A stretch of DNA of 64,000 nt, taken from the IMG/VR virus record IMGVR_UViG_3300050821_004371, positions 1 through 64,000 of that record. The stretch is one strand, 5' to 3'. The translations under genes and the position numbers were made by a program. Below the pieces are notes generated by a model. That model made no database searches, was not told the DNA's origin, and was given only the letters and a program-made list of their open reading frames with translations. Below, in pieces: positions 29,915-39,803 of this stretch (positions within the stretch are counted from its first letter, which is position 1; every line of letters begins with the position of its first letter). This stretch comes from a virus.

Positions 29915-30333
29915 TGATACGCCCGCTAGCAGACATAGAACGGGAAGCAATCCTAGCGGCATGCCTGGAAACTCGGGATTGTCAACGGGCATCCCGTGAG
30001 CTAGGTATCGGGCGAACGACGCTGTACCGCAAGCTTAGGGAGTATGGCGAGCCTTTGAGTAGATTTCGGGCGTCGAAGCCCGTGAAGATTCGGGAGAGCG
30101 TTTCTGGCCCGCCAATGTGCCCGATTTGTCATTTCACGGGAAAGAATACCTTCGCGCATCTGGTCAAGGCTCACGGTTGGACGCCCGAAGATGCTGGAAG
30201 GTACGCGGGCAATCCCGAGCGATACTTGCCAGAAGGCCCGGTAAATCATTGCGGGATTCACGGGCGATACAACGGGCGTTTGCTTCGGTGCCTGCTTTGT
30301 ATGGAAAACGGTCGCCCGATTGAAAACTTGTAA
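29914..30333 (+). CDS. Fis/NtrC-type HTH protein with Zn fingers
   Basis: LADIEREAILAA...ASRELGIGRTTLYRKLREYG; CPIC..H..H. Confidence 0.8.
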   Translation: MIRPLADIEREAILAACLETRDCQRASRELGIGRTTLYRKLREYGEPLSRFRASKPVKIRESVSGPPMCPICHFTGKNTFAHLVKAHGWTPEDAGRYAGNPERYLPEGPVNHCGIHGRYNGRLLRCLLCMENGRPIENL

Positions 30334-30398
30334 CACGATGAAAATACACGATTTGGTTTTCGGGAAGTAAAACTTTAGGTGGTTTATACCGAGCGAAA

Positions 30399-30980
30399 AT
30401 GGAAACGATTCTGGCAGCGATTCTCGGGGTGTTAGCCTTCGGGCTTCTGTTGGTGGGACTCTTACGGGCGAAAAAGCAAGTCGCTGCGAAAGCCCAGGAG
30501 TTGAAGGCGTTTCAGGAATCTCTTGAAAAATTTCGGGCTACCGCGCAGAAGCAGGCGATGGATTCGTTGGAATCGCAATTGTCCGTTTTCCGTACAACGG
30601 AGTTGCGGGCGACGGTTGAGATCGCCCGCAAGGAAGTCAAGCTCGAATACGATTCTAAACTTGCCCGTGAGATTGAGAAGCAACGGGCCGAAGCTATCAA
30701 GCAATCCAAGGCCGTGAATCGCGGGCTTGTGGCCGAGCAGCTAGCGCCGCACATGGTTGGGTTTCCGTATAGCCCGAAGGACTGTCATTTTTTAGGCCAA
30801 CCTTGCGATTATCTTGTATTTGACGGTTTGGATGCGGGCGACCTGAAGCGGATCGTCTTGCTTGAAGTTAAGACGGGCAAGTCTCAACCGAATGCCCGTG
30901 AGAAACAAGTTCGGGCAGCCGTTGAAGAAGCCCGAGTTCAATACGATATTTTTCGTCTTGATACGTCCGATTTCACTTGA
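30399..30980 (+). CDS. Membrane-anchored Holliday-junction-resolvase-like PD-(D/E)XK protein
   Basis: N-terminal TM, coiled coil, EQLAP..FLGQPCDYLVFDG..LEVKTG. Confidence 0.75.
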   Translation: METILAAILGVLAFGLLLVGLLRAKKQVAAKAQELKAFQESLEKFRATAQKQAMDSLESQLSVFRTTELRATVEIARKEVKLEYDSKLAREIEKQRAEAIKQSKAVNRGLVAEQLAPHMVGFPYSPKDCHFLGQPCDYLVFDGLDAGDLKRIVLLEVKTGKSQPNAREKQVRAAVEEARVQYDIFRLDTSDFT

Positions 30981-31006
30981 CATCAGCAGTCCGTTTTCCG
31001 TATATT
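30977..31006 (+). promoter_or_regulatory. Sigma70-type promoter with the repeated motif in its spacer
   Basis: TTGACA-18-TATATT; spacer and -10 contain CCGTTTTCCGTA. Confidence 0.65.
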
Positions 31007-31137
31007 TGGATCAGGAGGCCCGAAATGGAAGTAATAGCTCAAACTCTAGTTCTAGGAATAGGCGCTCTCGTAGTTTTCGGGCTAGTAGTCTTAGCGGGCG
31101 TCTGGGTGATTAATGAAGTCTTGGAAGGGTTGTTCTG

Positions 31138-31620
31138 ATGAAGCTGATTCCTCTGACTCGCGGTTATGTGGCCCTCGTTGATGACGAGGACTACGAGCGG
31201 ACGATTGGTGCGGGAAAGTGGACCGCGTTGGTGTGCAAGAATGCTGTATACGCTCATCGAAAAACTCCAATTGAGAGAAAGACCATTCTTCTGCATCGCT
31301 TTCTTCTCGGGGTAACCGACGCTCGGACTGACGTGGATCACAAAAACGGGAACGGATTGGATTGCCAGCGGTCTAATCTTCGCAAGGCTACGCGGGGTCA
31401 GAATAACGCTAACCGCAGGAGATTTCGTGGGGCGAGCCCGTACAAGGGCGTATTTAAAAACCACTTGCGCTGGTCTGCCCGAATATATGTAGATTACCGA
31501 AAAGTGCCCTTGGGAAATTTCATGACGCAGGAAGAAGCGGCGCGAGCTTACGATGCGGCAGCTACGGAACATTTTGGAGAATTTGCTTGTCTCAATTTTC
31601 CTGCCGAGGTTACCCAATGA
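31138..31620 (+). CDS. HNH-AP2 endonuclease
   Basis: VDHKNGNGLDCQRSNLR, YKGV, WSARI, EEAARAYD..A..HFGEFA. Confidence 0.85.
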   Translation: MKLIPLTRGYVALVDDEDYERTIGAGKWTALVCKNAVYAHRKTPIERKTILLHRFLLGVTDARTDVDHKNGNGLDCQRSNLRKATRGQNNANRRRFRGASPYKGVFKNHLRWSARIYVDYRKVPLGNFMTQEEAARAYDAAATEHFGEFACLNFPAEVTQ

Positions 31621-32669
31621 AACGCGGAGTTCTGACCTTTGGCGGTAATACGGTTAACGTATGGATCAAGATGGTTGAGGGCGAAATCCGAGCGACTTCG
31701 GCGCGTCCGAAGGAAAGCGTCTCCTTTCAGAAGTTCTCGGACAAATACATCGCGGAGACAATCCCCAACTTCAAGCCCGCTAGCCAATCAAGCTTGAAGT
31801 CCAACATCGTCGCCTTGAATTCGTTTTTCGGCCCTGTATCCTTGGCGTCTATCGACGCGGAAAAGATTCAAGCTTACGTTGCGTCGTGTGCGGGTATCGC
31901 CCCTAAGACAATCAAGAACAGGCTCGGCACGATGAAGATGGTTTGGCGACGGGCGAGGGCCTGGGGATATGCTGATGGGAATCCCTTCGAGTTCGTTTCG
32001 CTGCCTCGGGCTGAATTGAAAGAGGCAAAGTCGTTGTCCGTCGATGAAGTACGTTCAATAATCCGCGCAACGAGTGGAGAATTCAACATGATGCTGAGAA
32101 TTCTCGCAGAGACAGGCTGTCGCGGCGGCGAGCTAGTGGCTTTGGCGAAAACTGATATCGACTTGGACGCCCGTGTAATCCGAATCAGACGCTCAGCATT
32201 CCAAGGAAAACTTCAGACGCCGAAGACGGGAAACGCGGTCAGGACGATTCATATTAGCGGGCAACTTGCCCGAGAGTTATCAAGTTTCGCTGGTGCCTTC
32301 GGCACAGACCGTGATGGCGGGAAGGATCATCTTATGATGCCTGCCAAGCATAATCCTATTGCGGGTGCTAGCGAATTATTCTTCCCCTACAAAGGAAACC
32401 CGTGGAATAACGGGGAGATTGTCCGCCGTCTTAAACCTGTTTTGGGTACGGGCGCTGGGCTGCACGCGTTCCGTCACGCGAATATCTCGCTGATGGCATC
32501 GCTCGGAGTTCCTTTGCATATCCAGAAGGAGAGAATCGGGCATGCTTCAGGCGATATCACTGCCCGATATACTCATTCGTCGCCCGAAGATCACAAGAAG
32601 TACGCTGAGATTATCGGGCAAGCTTTGTGTACGGAAAATGTATTGCGGGCGACCGCAGGGGGAGATTGA
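31617..32669 (+). CDS. Tyrosine recombinase/integrase
   Basis: TGCRGGE (R), TPKT (K), HAFRH, IGHAS, RYTH catalytic set. Confidence 0.88.
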   Translation: MKRGVLTFGGNTVNVWIKMVEGEIRATSARPKESVSFQKFSDKYIAETIPNFKPASQSSLKSNIVALNSFFGPVSLASIDAEKIQAYVASCAGIAPKTIKNRLGTMKMVWRRARAWGYADGNPFEFVSLPRAELKEAKSLSVDEVRSIIRATSGEFNMMLRILAETGCRGGELVALAKTDIDLDARVIRIRRSAFQGKLQTPKTGNAVRTIHISGQLARELSSFAGAFGTDRDGGKDHLMMPAKHNPIAGASELFFPYKGNPWNNGEIVRRLKPVLGTGAGLHAFRHANISLMASLGVPLHIQKERIGHASGDITARYTHSSPEDHKKYAEIIGQALCTENVLRATAGGD

Positions 32670-33117
32670 TGATTTCACCAGAAACTAGCGAAGACATTCT
32701 CGCGGAGATTGCCCGAAATCTCGGGCGAATCGCCGATGCTCTTGAATACGCTCACAACTGCCACACGCCAACGCCAGACGAGTTGGACCCGTTTCACGAC
32801 CAAGGAAATGCAACCAACCACCGTGTAAGCCAGTGCAGCGTGGACTATTGCGGCGAAGAAGCAATCCCGAAGAAATCCTTATTCTCAATTAATATCAATG
32901 CGTAACCCCTGTCAAGCCTTCGTGAAAAACCGCAAACTGCGCTGTCGGGTTGCCTGCGGGCGTTCTGGTCGCCGTTGCTACGTTTCAGGTATGAGTTACG
33001 GAGTCAACATCGTCCTATGTTCGCGGCACAGAGAGCGGGAAAAGAAGCAATGTTTGTACGAAGTTGAAATTCTACCGTCGCCCGAAAGAGCGGCGGATTT
33101 CTTGGAGGGAATCTAAA

Positions 33118-33444
33118 ATGATTATCAAGTGTGTTGCGGGCGAAAAACTGGAATTAAGCGATACTAGGCTAACCGAACTCGGAGATGTAAATCCGAGCGG
33201 TTGCCTGCCTCGTTACCTTAAATTAAAAGATTTGCGGGCAGCTTGGAAAAAGGGGTACGTGAAAGTAATTCGCGTTATGCCCACGTTCGGCGGGGGTATC
33301 CTAACCACCGATGTACCTTTTGAGCCCGAAATATTCAAAATCGGCTGCCGGACCTTCTCGCCCGCCGCGTTCGCCAAGATTCTGAAAGCGGCGGGTGTCA
33401 AGCCTGTACGGAAAACGAAGCCCGCGAAGAAGAGGAAAAAATGA
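33118..33444 (+). CDS. Hypothetical protein
   Basis: GGAGGG RBS, basic C-terminus. Confidence 0.55.
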   Translation: MIIKCVAGEKLELSDTRLTELGDVNPSGCLPRYLKLKDLRAAWKKGYVKVIRVMPTFGGGILTTDVPFEPEIFKIGCRTFSPAAFAKILKAAGVKPVRKTKPAKKRKK

Positions 33445-33989
33445 TTTACTCATTCGTCTCTGGAATCGTATTCGGGCTAGTATTATCGGCCACGGACAAC
33501 GGCAGTATGGGTTGGCGGTATTGGGTTCTGCTCACAGTTTTCGCTCTTAACGGGGCTATACAATACTGCCTCGGAAGAGCAAGTAAATAGCGCCATGCCC
33601 GGTAAACCCATCACGCACGAAAACATCGGGGAGACCGTGTTCTACTACGACCCTAAGAACCAGGGGAAGCGTACGGGCGTCCTCGTCAGCCTGACGGCGG
33701 AGATCGCCCAACCGATCAAGGGCAAGAGGAAGAAAGTTTTGCCCGCAAGTGAGTGCGAATTATATACGAAAGAGGAAAGTCAATGAGCGATACTGTGGAA
33801 GTAACACCCGAACCCATGGTCGTGGTTATCTCGGCGGCGGTTTGCCCATCCCACTCCTTCAACTACGTGTCAATGCCCAGAGACGCGGGCGGCGATGCAC
33901 GAGGGTTCTTATTTAAGTGCCCGATACGAGATTGCGGAAAGGGCGTTACGGCCTTGACGGGCACCAACTTCTAGTGTCACACTATAGAG

Positions 33990-34655
33990 ATGTTCAAAAA
34001 TCTAACTAATCGGAGATTTGGTCGTCTCTTAGTTGTGGACCGTTATGGCACGGATTCTCGTCGGAACGTCCTGTGGGATTGCCTTTGCGATTGCGGGAGA
34101 TGGAAAATCTTACCGTCCAATATTTTGACTAGGGGGCAGCAAAGTTGCGGGTGTCTCCAAATAGAGGCCGCTGTCCGCACTTGCAAGAATCGTATTAAAC
34201 ATGGCCACTCGCGTGGCCGAGGAAGACTATCGCCAGAGTACATATCCTATAGTTCCGCCAAGCAGCGGTGTAACAATCCCAACAACATCGGGTACAAAAA
34301 TTACGGGGGTCGGGGAATTCGGTTCCTGTTCACTGGCTTCGAGCAATTCTTTGCCGAAATTGGAATTCGCCCGTCTGCTGCGCATACCCTTGACCGATAC
34401 CCCGATAAGAACGGGAATTATGAGCCGGGAAATGTACGGTGGGCAACAAAGAAAGAGCAGGCTAACAATCGTCGCACATCAAATAGTCCTAACATAAACT
34501 CTTCTACGGGGCTTCGAGGCGTAACATTTGACAAGAGTCGGAATAAATTCGTTGCGCGTATTACGCTCCGGGGGCGAGAGCACCATATTGGTCGATTTTC
34601 AACTGCCAAAGAAGCTTCCGAGGCGTATTTGGAAAAGAAACAGGCGCAAGAATGA
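33990..34655 (+). CDS. HNH-type homing endonuclease with AP2-like C-terminus
   Basis: FGRL, CLCDCG, YKNYGGRGI, LDR..GNYEPGNVRWAT. Confidence 0.8.
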   Translation: MFKNLTNRRFGRLLVVDRYGTDSRRNVLWDCLCDCGRWKILPSNILTRGQQSCGCLQIEAAVRTCKNRIKHGHSRGRGRLSPEYISYSSAKQRCNNPNNIGYKNYGGRGIRFLFTGFEQFFAEIGIRPSAAHTLDRYPDKNGNYEPGNVRWATKKEQANNRRTSNSPNINSSTGLRGVTFDKSRNKFVARITLRGREHHIGRFSTAKEASEAYLEKKQAQE

Positions 34656-36697
34656 CTGTTTGTTTCCTTGATTTCGAGACGCGGGGGACCGTTGATCTGC
34701 GCGAATACGGGCTGGCAAACTATCTTGACAGCCCTGACACGCAGTCCCTGATGCTCGGGTGGAGTCTGAACGAAAACCCCGTAAATCTATTTCAGAACCA
34801 CGTTGATGGAAAGTTTTGCTCCGAACTTCGAGATGCAATCACGGACCCGCACGTAACCAAAATAGCTTATAATGCCCCCTTTGAACACGGCGTTCTAAAG
34901 AAGCTGTACGGGATCGATACGCCTCTCTCTTCGTGGGCCGATGTTCTAATCTGGGCCCGGCATTTGTCAGTTACGGGCAGCCTTGGGGATGTCGGCAAGG
35001 TCTTTGGATTGCCCGTAGATGAAATGAAAGACGCCGAGGGCGAGCGACTTATTAAGTTATTCTGCGAACCGGGCGTCGCCGCCCATGAAACCCCGCTGTT
35101 CGGAAAGATGCCTGCGTGGTTCCACGACGCCGATTCAGACCCCGAGGATTGGAATAAGTTTTGCGAATACTGCAAGCAGGACATAATTGCCGAGCGGTCG
35201 TTGTGGAAACGAATGCAGGCGTTTCCGTTGCCCGAAATGGAGCAGCGAGGCTGGGAGCTGGATCAAAGAATAAACGCCCGTGGACTTCCGATGGACATGG
35301 ATTTGGTTGCGGGCAGCAAGGATGTCGCCGAACTCGTCAAGGCCGACCTCTGGGCGGAACTCAAGCAAATTACGGGCGTTGAGAATCCTAACAGTGGCCC
35401 ACAAATGCTGGCGTGGCTCGAAACCCAAGGCTATACTTTCTCGGGCATTGGAAAGCCCTTCGTCAACCGCGCTCTTGCGGGCGAATGCGAATTAACTAAT
35501 GCGGCGATTAAAGCCCTTAATCTCCGCAAACAATCGTCCAAGACCTCCGACGCCAAACTCCAGAAGATCGTGAATTCTGTTTCGGGCGACGGTCGGCTGA
35601 GACACCAATTCCTGTATATGGGTGCTCCGAGAACGGGACGCTGGTCGGGCGGCGGTGGCGAAGTCAAGAACGTTCAAATGCAAAACCTGCCCCGCCCGAC
35701 AAGAGAAGTTTCAAAGAATCTCGATCTCGCGATCAATTTGCTCAAGAATCGAGATTACACGGGCATCGCAATGGAATTCTCTAGCCCGATGGACGTTGTT
35801 ACAAGCACTTTGCGCTCGACAATCAAAGCGAGTCCGGGCAAGAAGCTTCTCGTCTGCGATCTGAACGCCGTGGAATTCCGGGCGCTCGGCTGGATTACCC
35901 GCTGCGAAAGCATCCAATCCGTTTTCCGTACAGGCCGCGATCCATACAAAGACTTTGGGGCCGATCTATTCCAGAAACCATACGAGGAAATAACAAAAGA
36001 AGAACGGCAGAATGCCAAGCCTGGAGTTCTCGGCGGCGGGTATCAGCTTTCGGGCGGCGAAGAATTCATCAACGACGCCGGGGATAAAGTCTTCTCGGGG
36101 CTGATGGGGTACGCCCGAAGCCTGCAAATCGAAATCGATCACGATCTGGCCCACGATTCAATCGCCGCATTCCGGGCGAAATACTGGGAGGTGCCCGAAG
36201 CTTGGAAGGAAATCGAAGCCGCTGCTCTTGAAGCCGTCCGTCATCCGGGAAAAATCGTGGAGTACAACGCCTTCGCTTTCGAGTGCTTCGGAACCAAACT
36301 CCTGCGGTTGATGCTGCCTTCGGGTCGCGGACTACATTACATTCGCCCGAAGATCGAGAAAGACGAAAAGTTCAACAAAGACGGGATCACCTACGAGGGT
36401 CGCCTGCAATCCAAGAAAGCCATTGGCCGGATTAAGATTTATGGAGGGAAATTTGTTGAGAACATGTGCCAAGCCTTTTCTCGGGATTTGCTTCTTCACG
36501 GGATGTTTGAAGCAGAGAAAGCTAATTTGACTATCGTAGCCCATACCCATGACGAATTAGTATGTGAAGTGGATGTAGATTCAAGGTTATCCCTTGATGA
36601 CCTTCGGGCGGCCATGATAAAATGCCCAGAATGGTCCCCTGGATTGGTACTAGATGCTGAAGGATATGAAACTACAAAATGCTACCGAAAAGACTGA
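34652..36697 (+). CDS. Phage family A DNA polymerase
   Basis: Exo DFET/AYNAPFE/YCKQD; RTGRWS, QNLP, DLNAVEFR, RQNAKP..LGGGY, HTHDE. Confidence 0.92.
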   Translation: MTVCFLDFETRGTVDLREYGLANYLDSPDTQSLMLGWSLNENPVNLFQNHVDGKFCSELRDAITDPHVTKIAYNAPFEHGVLKKLYGIDTPLSSWADVLIWARHLSVTGSLGDVGKVFGLPVDEMKDAEGERLIKLFCEPGVAAHETPLFGKMPAWFHDADSDPEDWNKFCEYCKQDIIAERSLWKRMQAFPLPEMEQRGWELDQRINARGLPMDMDLVAGSKDVAELVKADLWAELKQITGVENPNSGPQMLAWLETQGYTFSGIGKPFVNRALAGECELTNAAIKALNLRKQSSKTSDAKLQKIVNSVSGDGRLRHQFLYMGAPRTGRWSGGGGEVKNVQMQNLPRPTREVSKNLDLAINLLKNRDYTGIAMEFSSPMDVVTSTLRSTIKASPGKKLLVCDLNAVEFRALGWITRCESIQSVFRTGRDPYKDFGADLFQKPYEEITKEERQNAKPGVLGGGYQLSGGEEFINDAGDKVFSGLMGYARSLQIEIDHDLAHDSIAAFRAKYWEVPEAWKEIEAAALEAVRHPGKIVEYNAFAFECFGTKLLRLMLPSGRGLHYIRPKIEKDEKFNKDGITYEGRLQSKKAIGRIKIYGGKFVENMCQAFSRDLLLHGMFEAEKANLTIVAHTHDELVCEVDVDSRLSLDDLRAAMIKCPEWSPGLVLDAEGYETTKCYRKD

Positions 36698-37283
36698 CCC
36701 CCGCTGGACTCTCGCTTACAGCAACGGAGCCCAACGTAGAAAACTAGGGCGGTGCGCCGTCGTAGACGCCCGGTTCGGATCGTGCCGCGTAATAAAATCA
36801 TTTCCAGGTAAAGGCGGAAGAACCTACCTTCAGTGCGATTGTGGGACGGAATTCGATGTAACTACCCGACAAGTTTGGCGTGGGCAAGTGACTAGATGCG
36901 CTAGTTGCGGACATGCCGAAAGCAACCGAAAGACTGCACAAAACCAAGGCATAGATGTAATCCCTGATCCGAAGCTTCGCAGTCTGTGGTTGCATCGCCG
37001 GACAGGTATGATCTCCCGCTGCTACAATCCCGAGTCAAAAGCCTACAAGAATTACGGTGGGCGCGGGATAACGGTCTACGGCTCTTGGATCGAAAACCGC
37101 ATAGAATGGCTCAAGTACGTTGTGACGCTGCCTAATTGGGATGATCTCAGTCTTGAAATTGATCGCGAGAATAACGACGGGAACTACGAACCGGGAAATC
37201 TCCGCATGGTTACCCGAAAGGTGAATTGCAACAATCGACGGGTTGCCCGAAAAAACCAGTTGACTTCCGGGCTTCGCCCGTGA
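36666..37283 (+). CDS. HNH-type homing endonuclease
   Basis: QCDCG, RCYNP..YKNYGGRGI, IDRENNDGNYEPGNLR; paralogue of 33990..34655. Confidence 0.78.
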   Translation: MKLQNATEKTDPRWTLAYSNGAQRRKLGRCAVVDARFGSCRVIKSFPGKGGRTYLQCDCGTEFDVTTRQVWRGQVTRCASCGHAESNRKTAQNQGIDVIPDPKLRSLWLHRRTGMISRCYNPESKAYKNYGGRGITVYGSWIENRIEWLKYVVTLPNWDDLSLEIDRENNDGNYEPGNLRMVTRKVNCNNRRVARKNQLTSGLRP

Positions 37284-37359
37284 TACGGTTAATGAACGTC
37301 TGGAACACGGGCGGCCTGATTGACGGCCTCTTTCGGGTCGCCCGCAATAAGGAGAAAAC

Positions 37360-37779
37360 ATGGATTACGATCAGTATAGCGACAAGAATTTCGTCAATCG
37401 AAAACTCAAGCCCTTCAATTTGCAGGAAGCTTTAGCGGGCAAGCCCGTGGTCGATGGCCTAGGAAATCCCGTGGTCAATTTCCACTATTTCAAGGGATCG
37501 CAGAGCACGCAAAAGTTATATGGTTTGGATAATACGGGCGAGATCAATTCCTGCGGGGACGATGGGCAGTTCTTTGAGGGTGACAAAAGCCCGTCAAAAT
37601 ACGACCTCTTCATGGCCTCTGAGAAGAAAGAAGGCTGGATCGCTATCGGGCGAATGACGCAGCCCTCTGCAACCGTGGCTTTTTGCACTCACGTGTGGGC
37701 AACCAAGGAGCAGGCCGAGGCTGCATATATGCCCGAAGGTTTTCCGTTTTCCGTACAGAAAATCACTTGGGAAGAATAG
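37360..37779 (+). CDS. Hypothetical phage protein
   Basis: AAGGAG RBS; KPFNLQEALAGKPVV. Confidence 0.7.
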   Translation: MDYDQYSDKNFVNRKLKPFNLQEALAGKPVVDGLGNPVVNFHYFKGSQSTQKLYGLDNTGEINSCGDDGQFFEGDKSPSKYDLFMASEKKEGWIAIGRMTQPSATVAFCTHVWATKEQAEAAYMPEGFPFSVQKITWEE

Positions 37780-37780
37780 C

Positions 37781-37810
37781 TTGACAGCTCGCCCGAGAGT
37801 TTGGTAGACT
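37781..37810 (+). promoter_or_regulatory. Sigma70-type promoter
   Basis: TTGACA-18-TAGACT with TG extension. Confidence 0.65.
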
Positions 37811-38104
37811 GTTTTCGGGCGTCGGGCTTGCTAGCCGTTGATCGTCCGTTCGTCCATTTATAGGAGTTTCGATGTTCATCGTCTACGATCAGACTTGGAA
37901 GCGCCATTTGGTTTACGGGCGACTTGCGGGCGATAAATCCGGCCCGAAGGTTTTGCTTTTGACAGGGGCGCAAGAGGCTGTGTCCGTTTTCCGTACTCGG
38001 AAATCCGCCGAACAAGCTATAGAAAACACCCGAAAACACGGGTGTTATGCTTGGTCCAACAACATCTACGTTCTTCTGCCCGTGAAACTCGAAAGGAAAA
38101 AGTA

Positions 38105-39064
38105 ATGCCCGAAAATGAAAACATCCCGCCCGTCTCTGCGGGCCTCAAGACTTCCGAAGAAATTGGCGAGCTTGCTAAGGCTCTCGCCGACGCCCGCAAA
38201 GATTATAAACCCGTCCTCAAAGACGCCAACAATCCCTTCTTCAAATCCAAGTATGCCGATCTTGCGGGCGTTATTGAGGCCACGAGCGACGCCTTGTCCA
38301 AGAACGGGCTTGCCGTAATCCAATCTCCGAGGCTCGGGTTGAACCGAATCGCGGTCACAACCTTGCTTGCGCATTCTTCTGGGCAATGGTTGCGCGATGA
38401 TCTCGAACTTCCGATGTCCAAGTTCGATGCCCAAGGTGCGGGCAGCGCGATCACCTACGCTCGGCGCTACGCTTATCAGGCAATTGTCGGGGTGGCCGCT
38501 GAAGATGATGACGGGAATTCTGCTTCGGGCAAGTTTGAGAAGCAGGGCGATAACTTTGTCCGCAAAACGGATTCGCCCGTTACTGCTGGACAGGGTGTCA
38601 ACGTCCCTAATCTGCCAGTAGCGCCCGTAACCGTTGGCAAGTTGCCCGAGCTTCAGAAGCCCGTCGCCCGTAAGAAGAAAGAATCTGTTACTGATGCGGG
38701 CAAGCCTTGGGGCGGAGAGTTTTCAATCAAGACGGATGAAAGTGCCAAGATTCCTGCATTCAACGCCATAACGCCCGAGAATCCGATTACTGACGCCGAC
38801 GTTATCTTTCCGGGCGACCCCGAACCGACGCCCGAAGTCCAGAAAACGGACAGGCTCGCTACTGACGACGAGCGTAAGGCTTTCATGGCCCGGTTAATCA
38901 AGCTGAAGGACAAAGGATTTACGGGCATCCGTGAGTATTTGCTGAAGGAATCGGGCGTTCAGATAACGAACGACATTCCAGTTCAGAAAATGAACGAGTT
39001 GGTCGCCCGATTAGAAGTTGCGGAATCAGAAGGCAAGCTGAAGGAGTTGCTCGGAGGAAAATAA
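38105..39064 (+). CDS. ERF-family ssDNA annealing protein
   Basis: NPFFKSKYADL, LAHSSGQW, QGAGSAITYARRY, EDDDG. Confidence 0.9.
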   Translation: MPENENIPPVSAGLKTSEEIGELAKALADARKDYKPVLKDANNPFFKSKYADLAGVIEATSDALSKNGLAVIQSPRLGLNRIAVTTLLAHSSGQWLRDDLELPMSKFDAQGAGSAITYARRYAYQAIVGVAAEDDDGNSASGKFEKQGDNFVRKTDSPVTAGQGVNVPNLPVAPVTVGKLPELQKPVARKKKESVTDAGKPWGGEFSIKTDESAKIPAFNAITPENPITDADVIFPGDPEPTPEVQKTDRLATDDERKAFMARLIKLKDKGFTGIREYLLKESGVQITNDIPVQKMNELVARLEVAESEGKLKELLGGK

Positions 39065-39360
39065 TGGTCGTCCTCGCAAATGGCGGGCTACTCGGGCATC
39101 CGGATTCGTTCTGCTTCTATTGCGGGCGAGCGGTTCGGGTTTGGAAGTATCAAATTCATACACAAAAACCGCCCGATTCCCATACTTGGGACCATGTAAT
39201 CCCTAAGAGCAAGGGCGGGACCAAGAAAGTTACCGCCTGCCACGGATGCAACGACGAGAAACGGGACATGACGCTCGATGAATACCGCTTGATTCGGGCG
39301 TTCAGGGCTGGTATAGTTCAGTTGCCCGAATACAAGTTCGCGGCAGAACAGAGAATCTAG
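39064..39360 (+). CDS. Small HNH endonuclease
   Basis: CFYCG, DHVIPKSKGG, ACHGCN. Confidence 0.8.
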   Translation: MVVLANGGLLGHPDSFCFYCGRAVRVWKYQIHTQKPPDSHTWDHVIPKSKGGTKKVTACHGCNDEKRDMTLDEYRLIRAFRAGIVQLPEYKFAAEQRI

Positions 39361-39379
39361 TACGGAAAACGGAGGAGAG

Positions 39380-39646
39380 ATGAAGATCAAAGTTGAAGTT
39401 ACGGAAAGAAACATTCGGCTCGGGAAAAATCATGCAAGCAACGTTTTCAATTGCCCATTAGCCCGCGCCTTAAAAAGGACGCTGAGGAAACGTTTCTATA
39501 GCACAGGCTGGGCCGGATTCACGACTACAGACGGGTATAGAGTAGAATTTCCCTTGAAAGCAAAACTGTTTCAAGATCGTCTGTTTGATGGCAAGCCCGT
39601 AAAACCGTTCTCGTTCACAATCTCGTTGCCCGCAAAAACCCGATGA
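39380..39646 (+). CDS. Hypothetical protein
   Basis: GGAGGAG RBS embedded in the repeated motif. Confidence 0.65.
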   Translation: MKIKVEVTERNIRLGKNHASNVFNCPLARALKRTLRKRFYSTGWAGFTTTDGYRVEFPLKAKLFQDRLFDGKPVKPFSFTISLPAKTR

Positions 39647-39803
39647 TCTACTACAAATTACTCTGGCTAGCAGCGTGTCTTGTCGGGCTAGCGCACTTGC
39701 TGCTGTTCGCGTTTACCGCCAGTCTTCCGAGCTTGCTCGCAATGATTGTCTGCGGGCTAGCTTGCGCGATAACTTATAATCAGGCTTGGAAATAGGAGAG
39801 AAT

